The notes under the pieces are model-generated. The model searched no databases. It had not been told where the DNA came from and saw only the letters and a list, made by a program, of their open reading frames with translations. DNA of 64,000 nucleotides, from positions 44,787,084-44,851,083 of the forward strand of contig JARFYF010000119.1 in the NCBI GenBank assembly GCA_030265395.1, in the 5' to 3' direction. Positions 61,907 through 64,000 of this stretch are shown one piece after another. Made by a program: the position numbers and the translations under genes. The DNA comes from Rhina ancylostomus. Its lineage: Eukaryota. Positions within the stretch are counted from its first letter, which is position 1; each line of letters opens with the position of its first letter.

Positions 61907-64000
61907 GTTGGAGCAAGACTCTCACTCCCTCAGACAAGACTGGGAATGTGTCTCGTCAGAAATCAGAGAAGACATAGGGGTGCCCTTTAGTGGGGAGCTA
62001 TTCAATTCAAACCTTCAGGGTCGACAGGTCGCAGATGATATCACATGGATGACTAACTATTGAAAGGTGCAGTCACATAAATTGTCCAACTGGTGGATGG
62101 GGGTTGATATNNNNNNNNNNCACTGACAGAGCTGAAGAAATATTTAAAGTTTTTACTCAAAGCCTGTATCATCCCTGCTTCTCCACACACCCTTTCCTTA
62201 GCAGGGATGTCAGTAGAGGACATTGATTTAAGTTAATTGAGAGAAGGATTAGAAGGGATTTTCAATGTATTTATTACCCCTAAAAAAGGAAGGGGTTGGG
62301 AACTCACTACCTACAAGGGCGATGAGAAGCAGAAACACTCGTCGCACGTTTCCACATTACATTCCACCGGCCACACACTGACCCATTTGCTTTACTTTAG
62401 TTTTGGACGTGGCGTAAATTTCTATGATTTTATGACTCTCCCCCTGCTCAGCCCCATGGTATGCACTTCACCACACAGCCCCCCTCATACTCCCTCTCCA
62501 CACAGCCCCATGATTATATCCTCCCCACCTCACTCACCCCTCCCCAGTATACCCTTTCCCTCATTCTCCCCACGTTCACACCTATTACATTCCCTCTCTG
62601 CATGTACTGACACCCAGTATTAACTCATCTTTCTAGCTCCTGACACATACTGGAAACTTTCCTGTCAGGTCATCCCTTACCCCAAAAATCAATCTGAAAG
62701 CCTTACCACTGCAGTCCCATTCACTTCATCATCTCTCGACCCTTTGCCCTTCACCTGGCCTCCAAAGAACATACCAAGGACTGGATGTCATTGAGAAAGG
62801 TGTGGTCATGGACTGGAAAGGAACAGATAAGAGGGCACATTTAAATCACCTGCATGCTACAAAGCAGAAGAGGTTATGGGATGAAGGGAAGAAAGAGAGG
62901 TGAGAAGATTGCAACCTACAAAGTGTTTGCTGTGTGTAACAACAATTTAGCAACGTGGTCTGAGATAAACTTTAAGCCCCAATTCAATGGGCAATTAATC
63001 TGACCATAGTCACCACTAAGGATCACTGTTTCACTGCTGGCCTCTGGCTCTGTGGCAGTGCAGCTAGCATTCTCTCCTCCAGGGACTGAGATCACAGTAG
63101 GATCTCCTTCCAGTTGGTATCTGCATTAGCAAGCTACTTTGCTCTGCAAAAGAGAGAGGAAAATGTAATAGTGGTTCCGCTGCAATGAATGTGCATGACA
63201 AGCAAATTAATGGGTGTAAGTGTTTATGGATTGCCATTAGAAATGCTGTTCATTCTATATGGTGACTCCTATACAGCTCTTTATCCTAAATTGTGCAAGC
63301 TTATTCATTTCCAGCCTCCCAGTCTGAATTATGTTGCCTGTTGAGTAGGATATAGTTTGTGGTACTTTTACAGTTAAATGGCCGCAGCCATATTGGAAGT
63401 GGAATCAAGGTGATAATTGGTGTCCTGGCATTTTTGGTCACTGCTGATTGTGTGGTAAAACATTGCTGCAAAAATTATATCAGATCCATTATGGTATTTT
63501 GCAAACCCATCAGCAGCATGTACTGAAATTATGGCACCTACAATGTTGATTAGGATCCAAGCAACCTTTTAAGCCATCCACCTGAATTAGCTATTTATTT
63601 GGCCATTGCCCATTGAATTGGGGCTTAAAGCTTATCGCAGACCATGTTGCTAGATTGAAGTTTTGTTACACGCAGCAAACACTTTGTAGGTTGCAATCAA
63701 CTTTCTTGGGTGTATGACACCTTAAGAGGACTGCTTAAAGCCACCACTTTGGTCAAAAAAACTAATGTGCATGTCAAGGTCCTTCTCCTGCCATTAAGAT
63801 AAAACTGAGGTGCTGACCAGTCACCCCAAAACAATTCCCTACCATATTACATTAAACATTAGTTGATATTAAACTAGCCTATTTTACTTCACCTTTTGAC
63901 TAGTTAATTATCTCTGGAGGATCTGCTTGTCCCCACGGTAGCATTAGGTTGGCAAGTCCATTTCGTTTCGTCCTGCCTCTAACCTGTGCTCCTGAATCAC

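Noticed and set aside
1-64000. Additional ZFHX4 exons or other host genes
   Set aside because: I found no other zinc-finger or homeodomain peptide with splice sites. Short exons, or exons hidden in N gaps, cannot be excluded.

Overview
Eukaryotic, AT-rich, CpG-depleted DNA from a gapped draft assembly with many 100-N placeholders. The repeat content (HE1-like V-SINEs, SacSINE1-like Deu-SINEs, CR1, L2, Rex1/Babar, RTE and Penelope remnants) points to a cartilaginous fish, probably a ray or sawfish (inference). The only host coding sequence I can support is one 232-bp internal + strand exon (51630-51861) of a zinc finger homeobox gene, best matching ZFHX4. The rest is most likely the two very large flanking introns. 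These hold nested TE fossils, a fossil PIF/Harbinger transposase, a young LTR with a 4-bp TSD, and long TE-poor stretches that look like conserved regulatory DNA. Nearly all ORF-track entries are spurious or TE fragments. The best leads are: a pre-miRNA-like hairpin at 61841-61913 (perfect 18-bp stem, extended by G-U pairs on the sense strand only); a Penelope-derived fold-back insertion with a 13-bp TSD and a hammerhead-ribozyme vestige (9034-9251, with sister copies); a structured LTR; and a ~1-kb degenerate 36-37-bp tandem array. I found no clear new multi-gene system. All family assignments come from recalled consensus motifs, not database searches.
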